This document shows, one piece after another, positions 24,131 through 32,667 of a stretch of DNA of 42,455 nt. A program made the position numbers and the translations under genes. Within the stretch, counting starts at the first letter, position 1. Every line of letters starts with the position of its first letter. Source of the DNA: a virus; IMG/VR virus record IMGVR_UViG_3300029515_000012, positions 1-42,455 of that record. The stretch is one strand, 5' to 3'. Below the pieces are notes generated by a model, which was not told where the DNA came from, did not search any database, and saw only the letters and a list, made by a program, of their open reading frames with translations.

Positions 24131-24315
24131 CGAACCAGACATGTAAGGACTGCCCGGAGCGGCACACGGCCTGCCACGACACCTGCCCGCGCTTTGCAGA
24201 GTGGAGAACGCAGCACAAGGCAGAATTGATCTACACCAACGCCCAGCACGCCGCAGAGCGCATCAACCGCAACGATTTCAACAAAGAGGGATGGATGGGA
24301 GGAAGAAAACGGTGA
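24127..24315 (+). CDS. Small Cys-rich (zinc-binding?) protein (62 aa)
   Basis: ATGA overlap. CKDCPERHTACHDTCPRF. Confidence 0.5.
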   Translation: MTNQTCKDCPERHTACHDTCPRFAEWRTQHKAELIYTNAQHAAERINRNDFNKEGWMGGRKR

Positions 24316-25005
24316 AAGTTCTGATTGCCTGTGAGGAATCGCAGGAAGTGTGCAAGGCGTTCCGGGCAAAAGGGCATGAAGCCTACTCCTGCGATATTCA
24401 GGAGCCGTCCGGCGGGCATCCCGAGTGGCACATTCTTGGGGATGCGCTCAAGGCCATTAGGGGGGCAGGTCGTGACCATGGACGGCGTAACGCATGACGT
24501 TGGCAAGTGGGACTTGCTCATTGCACACCCGCCGTGCACTTATCTTTCCAACGCGGCGACAAGAGCGTACAGTTTGCGAGTAACGCCAGCTGAAAAAGTT
24601 GTAGCGCGATGGGCAAAGCGCGTGGAAGCTGCAATTTTCTTTATGCAATTCATGTTGGCAGACGTTCCGCACATTGCGGTGGAAAATCCAGTGGGTATCA
24701 TGAACACTGCATACAGAAAAGCTGACCAGATCATTCACCCGTACTATTTCGCAGAGAATGAATCTGACGAGGAAAATTATCACACGAAGCGCACTTGCCT
24801 TTGGCTGAAAAACTTGCCGCCTCTGGAACGGAAAAACAACTTTTCACCACCAGAGCCCGTGTACGTCTCAACTGGGAAAAATCCCAAGAAAATTAGCTGG
24901 TGCGAAGGCATACGCAACACGCACAACGGCCAAGAGGGCCGGGCAAAAGCCAGAAGCAAAACCGCGCCGGGCGTTGCAAAAGCAATGGCCGAACAATGGG
25001 GGTAA
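24312..25005 (+). pseudogene. DNA methyltransferase (C5-cytosine-like, PPC and ENP motifs) interrupted by a frameshift in a G6 tract
   Basis: The N-terminal part VKVLIACEESQEVCKAFRAKGHEAYSCDI (frame of 24312) stops at 24497. The remainder, WDLLIAHPPCTYLSNA...VENPVG, is in the +1 frame. The junction is at GGGGGG, 24460-24465. Confidence 0.7.
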
Positions 25006-25008
25006 AAA

Positions 25009-25248
25009 ATGAAAACGGTACAGACGGCACAGACGAAGAAGTACAAGCCCGGACAGTATATCGTTTCGCTCGATCATCTGATGGAGCAGGAACTTGTTTA
25101 TTACGGCGGGAAACTGCTCTACAAGGGATGGTTTGGCAACTGGCAACTGTGGTATGCGAAAACTGAGCTTGCCAGACTGCGCATTCGGGAAGCTGTGAGA
25201 ACGGAGGAAGAACATGAAACCGAAAACGAAATCCGAGCTGATGACTGA
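25009..25248 (+). CDS. Hypothetical protein (79 aa)
   Basis: ORF 3 nt after the methyltransferase stop. Confidence 0.5.
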   Translation: MKTVQTAQTKKYKPGQYIVSLDHLMEQELVYYGGKLLYKGWFGNWQLWYAKTELARLRIREAVRTEEEHETENEIRADD

Positions 25249-25702
25249 ATGGGCAAACCAGCCGGATCAGCTCAAGAAAGAGCGGGAAGTCAAGGCCATC
25301 CGTAAGGCGATGGACGATGCCCGCGCCGTGCTGCAGGACGGTCTGACCCGGTACGTCAAGAAAAAGACCAAATCCCGCAGCATGGCAAAGGCTGAAGCTG
25401 ACCCTTTTGCTGAGCTGGAAGGCTGGGAAAGCATGGAGCAGATCCAGGATGCCTACGGCTATGGCGAGATCGCCGCTGACAGGCGGGACAAACTCAACGA
25501 CCTGTGGGAAGCCCGGGAAGCTGCCAAGAACAGCCGCAAGGGCGCAGACAAGTACCACGACCTTGTGACGGAGATGCTGGAAACGGCCATCCGCCGGGTG
25601 GGCAATGAGTACGCAGATATGCTGTTTGAGTATGACCAGCAGCGCAGAGAAGCTGAAAAGCAGTGCGAGCAGCTGGCAATGGATGGGATGATGAAAAAAT
25701 GA
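25214..25702 (+). CDS. Hypothetical coiled-coil protein (162 aa)
   Basis: GGAGGAAG RBS before ATG 25214. Confidence 0.55.
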   Translation: MKPKTKSELMTEWANQPDQLKKEREVKAIRKAMDDARAVLQDGLTRYVKKKTKSRSMAKAEADPFAELEGWESMEQIQDAYGYGEIAADRRDKLNDLWEAREAAKNSRKGADKYHDLVTEMLETAIRRVGNEYADMLFEYDQQRREAEKQCEQLAMDGMMKK

Positions 25703-25839
25703 AAGCAGTCCTTTTGAGCATCCGGCCTGAATGGTGCAGGAAGATTCTCAGCGACGAAAAATCTGAGTCCGCCAATATAAAGCTAGACGCAGCCCTCACG
25801 GAGATGGGAATTGATGATCTGATGGAGGATGTGAAGTGA
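25699..25839 (+). pseudogene. N-terminal remnant of an ASCH-domain gene (46 aa)
   Basis: MKAVLLSIRPEWCRKILSDEK matches the typical ASCH N-terminus. The sequence then diverges and terminates. Confidence 0.4.
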
Positions 25840-26036
25840 TAAAAAAATCATACACTGTTCTTCCTTGCCCAAAGTGCGGGAGTGGACTTCTTGCATGGGG
25901 AAAGAAAATCAAGTCGGTTAATCCGAAGCTCACAGTGCTGTCGGCCCAGGGGACTGAACTTTGTTGTTTGATGTGCGGGCATTACGCACCAACACTCAAG
26001 CAGTGGAACAGCGAGGAACGAAAAAAATGCACCTGA
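25836..26036 (+). CDS. Zinc-ribbon protein (66 aa)
   Basis: CPKCG...CLMCG pairs. GTG start overlaps the previous stop. Confidence 0.5.
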   Translation: MIKKSYTVLPCPKCGSGLLAWGKKIKSVNPKLTVLSAQGTELCCLMCGHYAPTLKQWNSEERKKCT

Positions 26037-26404
26037 CCCTCTACGGCGACCCGCGCACCAAGAAAAACTCCGCCCGGATCCTCCGCACACGCTCTGGAGC
26101 CCCATTCGTGGCCCCCAGCAAGGTTTATGTGGATTATGAGACGGACTGCCTGCGGCAAATCAACAGGCCGCGCAGCCCCATTTCTTCCCGTGTAAACGTG
26201 CGGTGCGTGTACTACATGAAGACCGCCCGCCGGGTCGATCTGGCAAACCTCATCGAGGCGACCACGGACATCCTGGTAAAAGCCCGGGTGCTGGAGGACG
26301 ACAACAGCAAGATCGTTGCCGCCCACGATGGAAGCAGGGTGGATTATGACAAGAAAAACCCAAGAGCTGAAATTTTGATCGAAGAAATGGAGGATAAGAC
26401 ATGA
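26027..26404 (+). CDS. rusA: RusA-family Holliday junction resolvase
   Basis: LTLYGDPRTKKN, VRCVYYM, and DLANLIEATTDILVKARVLEDDNSKIV (DxxN...DD pattern of RusA). Confidence 0.8.
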   Translation: MHLTLYGDPRTKKNSARILRTRSGAPFVAPSKVYVDYETDCLRQINRPRSPISSRVNVRCVYYMKTARRVDLANLIEATTDILVKARVLEDDNSKIVAAHDGSRVDYDKKNPRAEILIEEMEDKT

Positions 26405-26556
26405 TCGGGGAAATTTGGATTCAAGCAAACATGACCGAAGATGGAACTGTTCATCTTCTGGTTGCGCCGGGTATCGCCGATAAAATCAAGAACGTTGTCG
26501 TTTACGAAATCGGTAGTCTAGCCGTAAAATGCACGTTTGAGGAGGAAAGCCAATGA
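26401..26556 (+). CDS. Hypothetical protein (51 aa)
   Basis: ATGA overlaps on both sides. Confidence 0.4.
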   Translation: MIGEIWIQANMTEDGTVHLLVAPGIADKIKNVVVYEIGSLAVKCTFEEESQ

Positions 26557-27008
26557 TCCGCACACGGACACCTGAAAGTGATGCACCAAAGCCGGACAGA
26601 ACCGATTACTGCACCGTTAAGGCGTGGCTGAACCGCTACCGCGAAGCAGAGAAAAGATACTACTTGCTGTCTGACCGGCTGGCCGAAGCACAGGAGGCCA
26701 CTCGGCACATTACCCAGAGCCTCAGCGCGGCCCCCGGCGGCAGCAAAGATGGCCAGAGCCTTGCCCGGGCGGTGGAACGTGAGGAGGAAGCGGAGCGCCG
26801 CGCTTATGAGCAAAGAGCGGTCTGCGACAGGCTGTTCCTCGAGATCAGAAACGCGCTCGCCCGGATCCAGAACGAAAAAGCATACACGGTGCTGTACAAG
26901 TACTATCTCGATTGCCTCACGTGGGACAGGGTCGCAAAAGATATGAATTACTCTTTGCGCATGGTCTATGTCTTGCGGCGCAAAGCAATGGAGGAGCTGA
27001 GCCTTTAA
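26553..27008 (+). CDS. Sigma-70 region-4-like late gene regulator (RinA/DUF1492-type position upstream of terminase)
   Basis: C-terminal YTVLYKYYLDCLTWDRVAKDMNYSLRMVYVLRRKAMEEL is a region-4 HTH pattern. Last early gene before the tRNAs and TerS. Confidence 0.65.
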   Translation: MIRTRTPESDAPKPDRTDYCTVKAWLNRYREAEKRYYLLSDRLAEAQEATRHITQSLSAAPGGSKDGQSLARAVEREEEAERRAYEQRAVCDRLFLEIRNALARIQNEKAYTVLYKYYLDCLTWDRVAKDMNYSLRMVYVLRRKAMEELSL

Positions 27009-27194
27009 AAACATTGCACTGTCATTACATTGCGGTTTCACTATCGCATGGTGTAAAATTGTATCATCGGAAAAGCCAAAAGGCAAACCGATGCATGCAG
27101 CCTCCGAAACGTGTCCCTTCTTGGCATTTTCCTCCTTTTCTGCTTGCAGGCACTGGGCTTTGCTCTCTCTTCACGTTTCGCGGGCTGCTTCTAT

Positions 27195-27265
27195 GCGATA
27201 CACTGACACAAAGGCAGCCTGCCGCTCATGAGAGACAGGAGGCGGTTCGATTCCGCCGTATCGCA
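27195..27265 (+). ncRNA. tRNA-like element a: perfect acceptor and T arms, no canonical anticodon arm
   Basis: GCGATAC...GTATCGC (7 bp). T arm GGCGG-TTCGATT-CCGCC. Middle is CCTG-ccg-CTC-atga-GAG-a-CAGG and contains CTCATGA. About 71 nt. Confidence 0.4.
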
Positions 27266-27269
27266 CCGT

Positions 27270-27415
27270 ATGGCGCATGGACTAGACAACCCGCAAGGCC
27301 GCACGTGCAACCTCCCGTGCCGAGAAAAGGCCTTGGAATCCTTGCCAAGGTGTAGCTTTCCTGACAGGATGTGCGCCAACCAACAGCCCCGGCGGCGAAC
27401 CGGAGCTGTTTTTAT
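27270..27415 (+). ncRNA. Structured non-coding RNA candidate ending in a terminator
   Basis: Nested helices: GGCGCA..TGTGCGCC, CAAGGCC..GGCCTTG enclosing GCACG-N10-CGTGC, and CCTTGG-N8-CCAAGG. Terminator CAGC-c-CCGG-N7-CCGG-a-GCTG plus TTTTTAT at 27384-27415. Confidence 0.45.
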
Positions 27416-27417
27416 AT

Positions 27418-27487
27418 GGCCGCCTGAGCGCAGTTTGGAGCGCGGCGCGTGCGTGTAGACACGGCTGGTTCGATTCCAAGGGCGGCT
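27418..27487 (+). ncRNA. tRNA-like element b: acceptor and D arms present, weak T stem, no canonical anticodon arm
   Basis: GGCCGCC/GGCGGCT. D arm GCGC-AGTTTGGA-GCGC. T loop TTCGATT. Only the CGTG-taga-CACG hairpin sits where the anticodon arm should be. Confidence 0.3.
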
Positions 27488-27492
27488 TTTAT

Positions 27493-27568
27493 ACTCCCGT
27501 AGCTCAATTGGTAGAGCGCTGGTCTCCAAAACCAGAGGATGCAGGCTCGGTCCCTGTCGGGAATGCCA
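27493..27568 (+). tRNA. tRNA-Trp (anticodon CCA), CCA-encoded
   Basis: 76 nt. D arm GCTC-AATTGGTA-GAGC. Anticodon arm CTGGT-CTCCAAA-ACCAG. T arm GCAGG-CTCGGTC-CCTGT (unusual T loop). Discriminator G then CCA. One C-A mismatch in the acceptor stem. Confidence 0.75.
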
Positions 27569-27701
27569 TCTGCGTGCCCTGTGAGGGGGCCGCGCAGCAC
27601 GCCGGGTGTCTGGCGGCGTACGTTCCGGACACAGCAGCGCCCACCGTTTGACGCCTGTCCAACGCAACTGAATGCGGGGCGCTGCTTATTTTAACATTTT
27701 G

Positions 27702-27732
27702 ACCGTTCGGGTTTCCGGGCGGTTTTTCTTTT
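27702..27732 (+). terminator. Rho-independent terminator after the tRNA cluster
   Basis: 9-bp stem ACCGTTCGG-gttt-CCGGGCGGT (2 G-U) followed by TTTTTCTTTT. Confidence 0.7.
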
Positions 27733-27748
27733 GCAGGAGTTTAGAGAG

Positions 27749-28225
27749 GTGGTGTCGGTGGGTGCGAAGCGGCTGACAGACAGGCAGAAAAAGAAGATCA
27801 TTGCTGACTATGTGATGCTGCAGAACTATGTGCAGACCGCCAAGCTGAACGATGTCGCAGAGAGTACCGTGCGGAAGATCGTAAAGGAAAATCCGGACTG
27901 TGCGAGACTGTGCGATGAAAAAAGAGAGGGCAACGCCCGGGATATGCTTTCTTATCTGGAAAGCAAACGGAACGAGGCCCAAGAGCTCCTCGGAATGTAC
28001 CTGAAAGCGATGGCGGACCCGGACAAGATAGCAGAGGCGACGTTGCCGCAGCTGTCCACAGCGTTTGGCACCATCGTGGACAAGTTTGCCGTGCTAGACG
28101 GCCAGAGCGATACGGAGACCCCAGACGATGGCCTGCTTGAGGCTCTGAGCGCTGCCGCAGACATAAGCCCCCCGGATGACGTGAGTATGCTGCCAGAGGA
28201 AGAGGACGACCATGCGGAAAAGTAA
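27749..28225 (+). CDS. terS: Terminase small subunit
   Basis: N-terminal HTH (LTDRQKKKIIADYVMLQNYVQTAKLNDVAESTVRKIV). Directly precedes TerL and overlaps it by 14 nt. GTG 27749 lies 9 nt after AGGAG. The track start at 27731 lies in the terminator T-run. Confidence 0.75.
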   Translation: MVSVGAKRLTDRQKKKIIADYVMLQNYVQTAKLNDVAESTVRKIVKENPDCARLCDEKREGNARDMLSYLESKRNEAQELLGMYLKAMADPDKIAEATLPQLSTAFGTIVDKFAVLDGQSDTETPDDGLLEALSAAADISPPDDVSMLPEEEDDHAEK

Positions 28226-29459
28226 CGGTTTTCGCTGGAAAGCCCTCAGCCAGCGGCAAAAGCAAGTCTTGAGCTGGTGGACACCGCAGAGCGCATACAG
28301 CGGCTACAACGGCATCATTGCCGATGGTGCTATCCGCTCGGGCAAGACCTTTGCCATGAGCTTTTCCTTTGTCCAGTGGGCTATGACCTGCTACAGCGGC
28401 CAGCAGTTTGCCATGTGCGGCAAGACCATTGCCAGCTTCCGACGCAATGTGCTTGGCACGCTCAAGCAGCAGCTTGCAGCCCGTGGCTACAATGTCAAAG
28501 AGCATCGGGCAGAAAATTTCATGACCGTCAGCAAAGGCGGCAAATCCAACGAGTTTTACTTTTTCGGCGGCAAAGACGAGAGCAGCCAAGACCTGATCCA
28601 GGGCATCACTCTGGCTGGGGCATTCTTTGACGAGGTGGCCCTGATGCCGCAGAGCTTTGTCAATCAGGCCACTGCCCGCTGTTCCGTCACCGGGTCAAAA
28701 TTCTGGTTCAACTGCAACCCGGGCAGCCCACAGCATTGGTTTTATCTCGAGTGGGTGCGGAAATGCCGTTCCCGCAAGATGATGTACCTCCACTTTACGA
28801 TGGACGACAACCTGTCACTCTCCGAGGACATCAAGGCTAGATACCGCAGCCAGTACAGCGGGGTTTTCTATCAGCGCTACATTCTGGGCCTGTGGACGGT
28901 GGCAGAGGGCCTTGTATATGACATGTTCGACCGAAAAAAGCATGTCGTTGATGAGCTGCCGGAACTGTCCCCCAAAAGCGCCTATGTGGCGTGTGACTTT
29001 GGCACCCAGAACGCAACGGTCTTTTTGCTGCTCCAGAAGCAGGCAGATGCAGACTGCTGGATCGTCACCCGGGAGTATTACTACAGCGGGCGAGAGCAGA
29101 AGCGGCAAAAGACCGTGGGCGAGTACGTCACAGATCTCAAAGCGTGGCTGGACGGCCTGAAACCGGAGCGGGTCATCGTAGACCCCTCGGCCCTGCCACT
29201 GATCACTGAGCTGCGCAAGAATGGCTTTACACAGACCCCCGCAAACAACGACGTTCTGAGCGGCATTCTGGACGTGCAGACCATGCTGCAGACCGGGCGG
29301 CTGAAGATATACAAAGACTGCAAGCACACGCTGGAAGAGTTCGGCGTGTACGCTTGGGACCCAGATAAAGACGACGCCGTGCTGAAGGTCAACGACCACT
29401 GTATGGACGCTATCCGATATTTTGTGCGCACGAAGCGCCTTGTGAAACTGAGGGATTGA
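28212..29459 (+). CDS. terL: Terminase large subunit (PBSX/XtmB-like family)
   Basis: Walker A DGAIRSGKT. Typical length and position. The C-terminal nuclease region contains DHCMDAIRY. Confidence 0.9.
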   Translation: MRKSNGFRWKALSQRQKQVLSWWTPQSAYSGYNGIIADGAIRSGKTFAMSFSFVQWAMTCYSGQQFAMCGKTIASFRRNVLGTLKQQLAARGYNVKEHRAENFMTVSKGGKSNEFYFFGGKDESSQDLIQGITLAGAFFDEVALMPQSFVNQATARCSVTGSKFWFNCNPGSPQHWFYLEWVRKCRSRKMMYLHFTMDDNLSLSEDIKARYRSQYSGVFYQRYILGLWTVAEGLVYDMFDRKKHVVDELPELSPKSAYVACDFGTQNATVFLLLQKQADADCWIVTREYYYSGREQKRQKTVGEYVTDLKAWLDGLKPERVIVDPSALPLITELRKNGFTQTPANNDVLSGILDVQTMLQTGRLKIYKDCKHTLEEFGVYAWDPDKDDAVLKVNDHCMDAIRYFVRTKRLVKLRD

Positions 29460-30844
29460 TTTTGAGCACTGTATACACATTCCAGACCTTTCAGCAGGCG
29501 CAAGCCGCCGGGGAACAGGCTGATTTTGTCCGGCGGTTCGTGCAGCAGCACTGTGCTTCCGGCCCTTACAGGATGGCGCTGGACGCTGACCTGTACGACG
29601 CTCAGAAAAACCCGGGCGCGGAACGCTTTTCCCAAGCCTACGCCTTTATGCTGAAGCGCCTTTCCAAGAACACGCGGCAGGATGTTCCACGGCCCGATAT
29701 GGTCAAGAGCAATCTGTTCCGGCGGCTCAACAAGCAGCGTGCCACCTACTCCCTGGGAAACGGCGTCACCTTTGCGGATAAGGACGTGGACAAAGGAAAA
29801 CTGGGGGCTGAATTTGACGAGCAGATCCAGAAAGCCGGATACTTTGCCCTAATCCACGGTGAGAGCTTTGGCTTCTGGAACAACGACCATCTGGTGGTGT
29901 TCAAGCTGACCGAGTTTGCGCCCCTGTACGATGAGACCTCCGGCTCCATGCGGGCCGGGGTGCGGTTCTGGCGGCTGAATCCTGACACGGATATGCACTA
30001 TGTCCTGTACGAAGAGGACGGTTACACCGAGTACACGGAAAGCAGGATCGGCAGCACTATGCAGGAGACGGCCCCGAAGCAGGCATACAAGAGCGTGACC
30101 GTCTCCACCCCCGGCGGCGGGCTGGAAAGCGTGGAGGGGGAAAACTACAGCACTCTGCCTGTGGTACCGCTGTGGGGATCCGACCTGCATCAAAGCACCC
30201 TCGTAGGCCTGAAAGCCTACATCGACAACACCGATCTGGTGACGTCCGGCTTCTGCAGCGACTTGCAGGATTGCGCACAGATTTACTGGCTGTGCGAAAA
30301 CTTCAACGGAATGACCGATGATGAACTGCAGGAGTTCCTTGCGAAGCTGAACCTCTACCACATCGCCGGTGCGGACACCAGCGAGGGCGGCAAGATCACC
30401 CCATACACCAGCGAAGTGCCGGTGACTGCCCGGCAGACCCTGCTAGAGCTGCTGCACACCCGGGTCTATGAGGATTTCGGCGGTCTGGACGTGCATTGTG
30501 TCAGCGCAAACAGCACCAACGACCATCTGGATGCAGCCTATGAACCCATGAACCAGAACGCAGACGACTTCGAGGCTCAGATCAAACCTTTTGTTCGTCA
30601 GATCTGTGCGCTGGCTGGCTTTGGCAGCGCAACGCCGACATTCAACCGGAGCCGGATCGTAAACACCGCAGAGCAGGTCAGCACAGTAATCTCCGAGGCG
30701 GCGATCATTGGGCAGGACATGGCCATTGACCTACTGCCAAACCTGACCCCGGAGCAAAAGGAAAAGGCTCGGGCGGCGCTGATGGCTGAGAGTGCAGAGC
30801 GGGAGACCGTGGACGAGGAGGAGGAAAACAATGGCAGCGAATGA
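29456..30844 (+). CDS. Portal protein
   Basis: 462 aa immediately after TerL with an acidic C-terminus. The start is uncertain (TTG 29456 or 29462). Confidence 0.8.
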   Translation: MILSTVYTFQTFQQAQAAGEQADFVRRFVQQHCASGPYRMALDADLYDAQKNPGAERFSQAYAFMLKRLSKNTRQDVPRPDMVKSNLFRRLNKQRATYSLGNGVTFADKDVDKGKLGAEFDEQIQKAGYFALIHGESFGFWNNDHLVVFKLTEFAPLYDETSGSMRAGVRFWRLNPDTDMHYVLYEEDGYTEYTESRIGSTMQETAPKQAYKSVTVSTPGGGLESVEGENYSTLPVVPLWGSDLHQSTLVGLKAYIDNTDLVTSGFCSDLQDCAQIYWLCENFNGMTDDELQEFLAKLNLYHIAGADTSEGGKITPYTSEVPVTARQTLLELLHTRVYEDFGGLDVHCVSANSTNDHLDAAYEPMNQNADDFEAQIKPFVRQICALAGFGSATPTFNRSRIVNTAEQVSTVISEAAIIGQDMAIDLLPNLTPEQKEKARAALMAESAERETVDEEEENNGSE

Positions 30845-31649
30845 AACCTATGAAGAGTTCGTGGAGAAGTTCAAGCCGAAAAAGACTACTGACGACTGCT
30901 ATACACCGCCTAGCGTATACGCTGTTATCCGGGACTGGGCCTGCAAGGAGTACGGCATCGACCCGGCCAAAATTGTGCGTCCATTTTATCCCGGCGGCGA
31001 TTATGAGAATTTCGACTACCCGGAGGGTGCCGTTGTTCTGGACAACCCACCGTTTTCAATCCTGTCCCGAATCTGCGGGTTCTATCTCGATCGTGGCATT
31101 CCGTTCTTCCTATTCGCTCCATCTTTGACAGCGTTTTCTGGAAGAGCAAATAATATGCGGATGAACCATATCATTTGCGACTGTAGTATCGAGTACGAAA
31201 ACGGTGCAATCGTCAGAACAAGTTTTGTGACCAGCTACGGCGGGGACATCATAGCGCAAACAGAACCTCGCCTTACGAAGCTGGTAAACGATGAGGTAGA
31301 ACGCCTTAGACGCACCAAAACAGTACAGCTGCCAAAGTATACATACCCGGATAATATTGTAACGGCTGCAATGCTACAACGATACAGCCATTACGGTGTG
31401 GATTTCAAAATTCATAAAAAGGACTGCGCTCCAATTTATGCGCTGGATTCACAACGCTCCACGGGGAAAACGATTTTTGGTTCAGGTCTGCTGCTGTCTG
31501 ATTGTGCTGCGGCTGATTGTGCTGCGGCTGAAAGGGCTGCGGCTGAAAGGGCTGCGGCTGAAAGGGCTGCGGCCATAAAATGGGAACTGTCCGCCCGGGA
31601 GCGTGCTATTGTGGAGTATCTGAACAGCCATGAAGAAAACAGATCTTGA
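30831..31649 (+). CDS. DNA N6-adenine methyltransferase-like protein (DNPPF motif) with a C-terminal tandem-repeat linker
   Basis: DDCYTPP and VLDNPPFS motifs. GAGGAGGAGGA RBS before ATG 30831. Inserted between portal and head-morphogenesis genes. Confidence 0.65.
   Translation: MAANETYEEFVEKFKPKKTTDDCYTPPSVYAVIRDWACKEYGIDPAKIVRPFYPGGDYENFDYPEGAVVLDNPPFSILSRICGFYLDRGIPFFLFAPSLTAFSGRANNMRMNHIICDCSIEYENGAIVRTSFVTSYGGDIIAQTEPRLTKLVNDEVERLRRTKTVQLPKYTYPDNIVTAAMLQRYSHYGVDFKIHKKDCAPIYALDSQRSTGKTIFGSGLLLSDCAAADCAAAERAAAERAAAERAAAIKWELSARERAIVEYLNSHEENRS
31500..31574 (+). repeat. 15-bp in-frame tandem repeat x5 (gattgtgctgcggct x2, gaaagggctgcggct x3)
   Basis: Read directly. Encodes DCAAA DCAAA ERAAA ERAAA ERAAA. 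Confidence 0.95.
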
Positions 31650-32667
31650 CCGCATCACCACCCGGCAGCTGAACCGCCTGCGCCGCCGCATTTTGCGGGT
31701 ATACGGCACAGCCCGCCGGGAAATGACCGAGCAGCTCACCGAGTTTCTTGGAAAGTACCGAGCGTTGGACGAGCGCAAGCGGGCACAGCTGGATGCGGGC
31801 GAGATCACCGAAGAGGATTACTGCATCTGGCTGCAAAATCAGGTCTTTCAATCTGATTTGATGCGGTCCAAGCTGGATGGCATCACCCAGACCTGTACCA
31901 CAGCACAGCAGACGGCCTACAAGCTGGCCCGGGACGAGCAATACAACATCTTTTCCTTTGGCGCAAACTGGGCGTTCTACGAGCTGGAACAGGCTGCAGG
32001 CGTGACGTTCGGGCTGACCCTGTACAACACCGAGGCAGTCAAGATGCTGCTGAAGGAGAACCCCAAGCTGGTGCCCAACAAACGTATCAAGAGCGAGAGC
32101 AACCGCACCTATGATGCCCGGGTGTTCAACCGCTACGTCATGCAGGGCATCGTGCAGGGCAAGAGCGTCCACGACATCGCCGTGCAGGCCGTAAACGGCA
32201 TGGCAGACACAGAGATCCACTGGGCCATGAACAACGCCATCACGGCGCTCACAGGCGCTCAGAACGCCGGGGCATTGCAGCAAATGCGCAACGCCCAGGC
32301 TTTGGGCATCGAGGTCAAAAAGCGGTGGAACTCCACCCACGACTACCGCACCCGTGAAATGCACCGCCTGCTTGACCAGCAGACGGCAGAGCTTGACGAG
32401 CCGTTCAAGGTCATGGGTTACGAGATTCAGCGGCCCGGAGACCCCAACGCGGCCCCGGAGATGGTTTACCACTGCCGCTGTGTGCTGTCCTCTGCGCTGG
32501 GTAAGTACCCCCGGCAGAACGCCATGCAGCGGGACAATGTGACCAAAGAGACCACGCCCGTCATGGACTACACCGAGTGGTATAAATCCAAGGGCGGCAA
32601 AGAGAAAGAACAGATGTGGTGGGCGGAAGAACGCAAGAGAAAAAAGGAGGTTGCAAAGCATGGATGA
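31630..32667 (+). CDS. Head morphogenesis protein (SPP1 gp7 / Mu F-like)
   Basis: RWNSTHDYRTREMHRLLDQQ...FKVMGYEIQRPGDPNAAPEMVYHCRC is the hallmark C-terminal block of this family. Confidence 0.85.
   Translation: MKKTDLDRITTRQLNRLRRRILRVYGTARREMTEQLTEFLGKYRALDERKRAQLDAGEITEEDYCIWLQNQVFQSDLMRSKLDGITQTCTTAQQTAYKLARDEQYNIFSFGANWAFYELEQAAGVTFGLTLYNTEAVKMLLKENPKLVPNKRIKSESNRTYDARVFNRYVMQGIVQGKSVHDIAVQAVNGMADTEIHWAMNNAITALTGAQNAGALQQMRNAQALGIEVKKRWNSTHDYRTREMHRLLDQQTAELDEPFKVMGYEIQRPGDPNAAPEMVYHCRCVLSSALGKYPRQNAMQRDNVTKETTPVMDYTEWYKSKGGKEKEQMWWAEERKRKKEVAKHG

Noticed and set aside
23977-24315. 112-aa track ORF
   Set aside because: It is a composite. The 5-prime part is out of frame with the RBS-supported 59-aa gene 23951..24130. 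The real gene is the Cys-rich ORF starting at ATG 24127.
27195-27490. Possible tmRNA (two tRNA-like ends, a structured centre, and a frame ending ...GILAKV stop)
   Set aside because: Each tRNA-like unit pairs with itself, not across the region. There is no G3-U70 pair, no 3-prime CCA on unit b, and no recognisable resume-codon and tag arrangement.
26912-27667. Track ORFs 26912..27355 (+), 27191..27667 (-), 27228..27458 (+) and 27412..27600 (-)
   Set aside because: They run through the tRNA and tRNA-like genes and terminators. They have no RBS.
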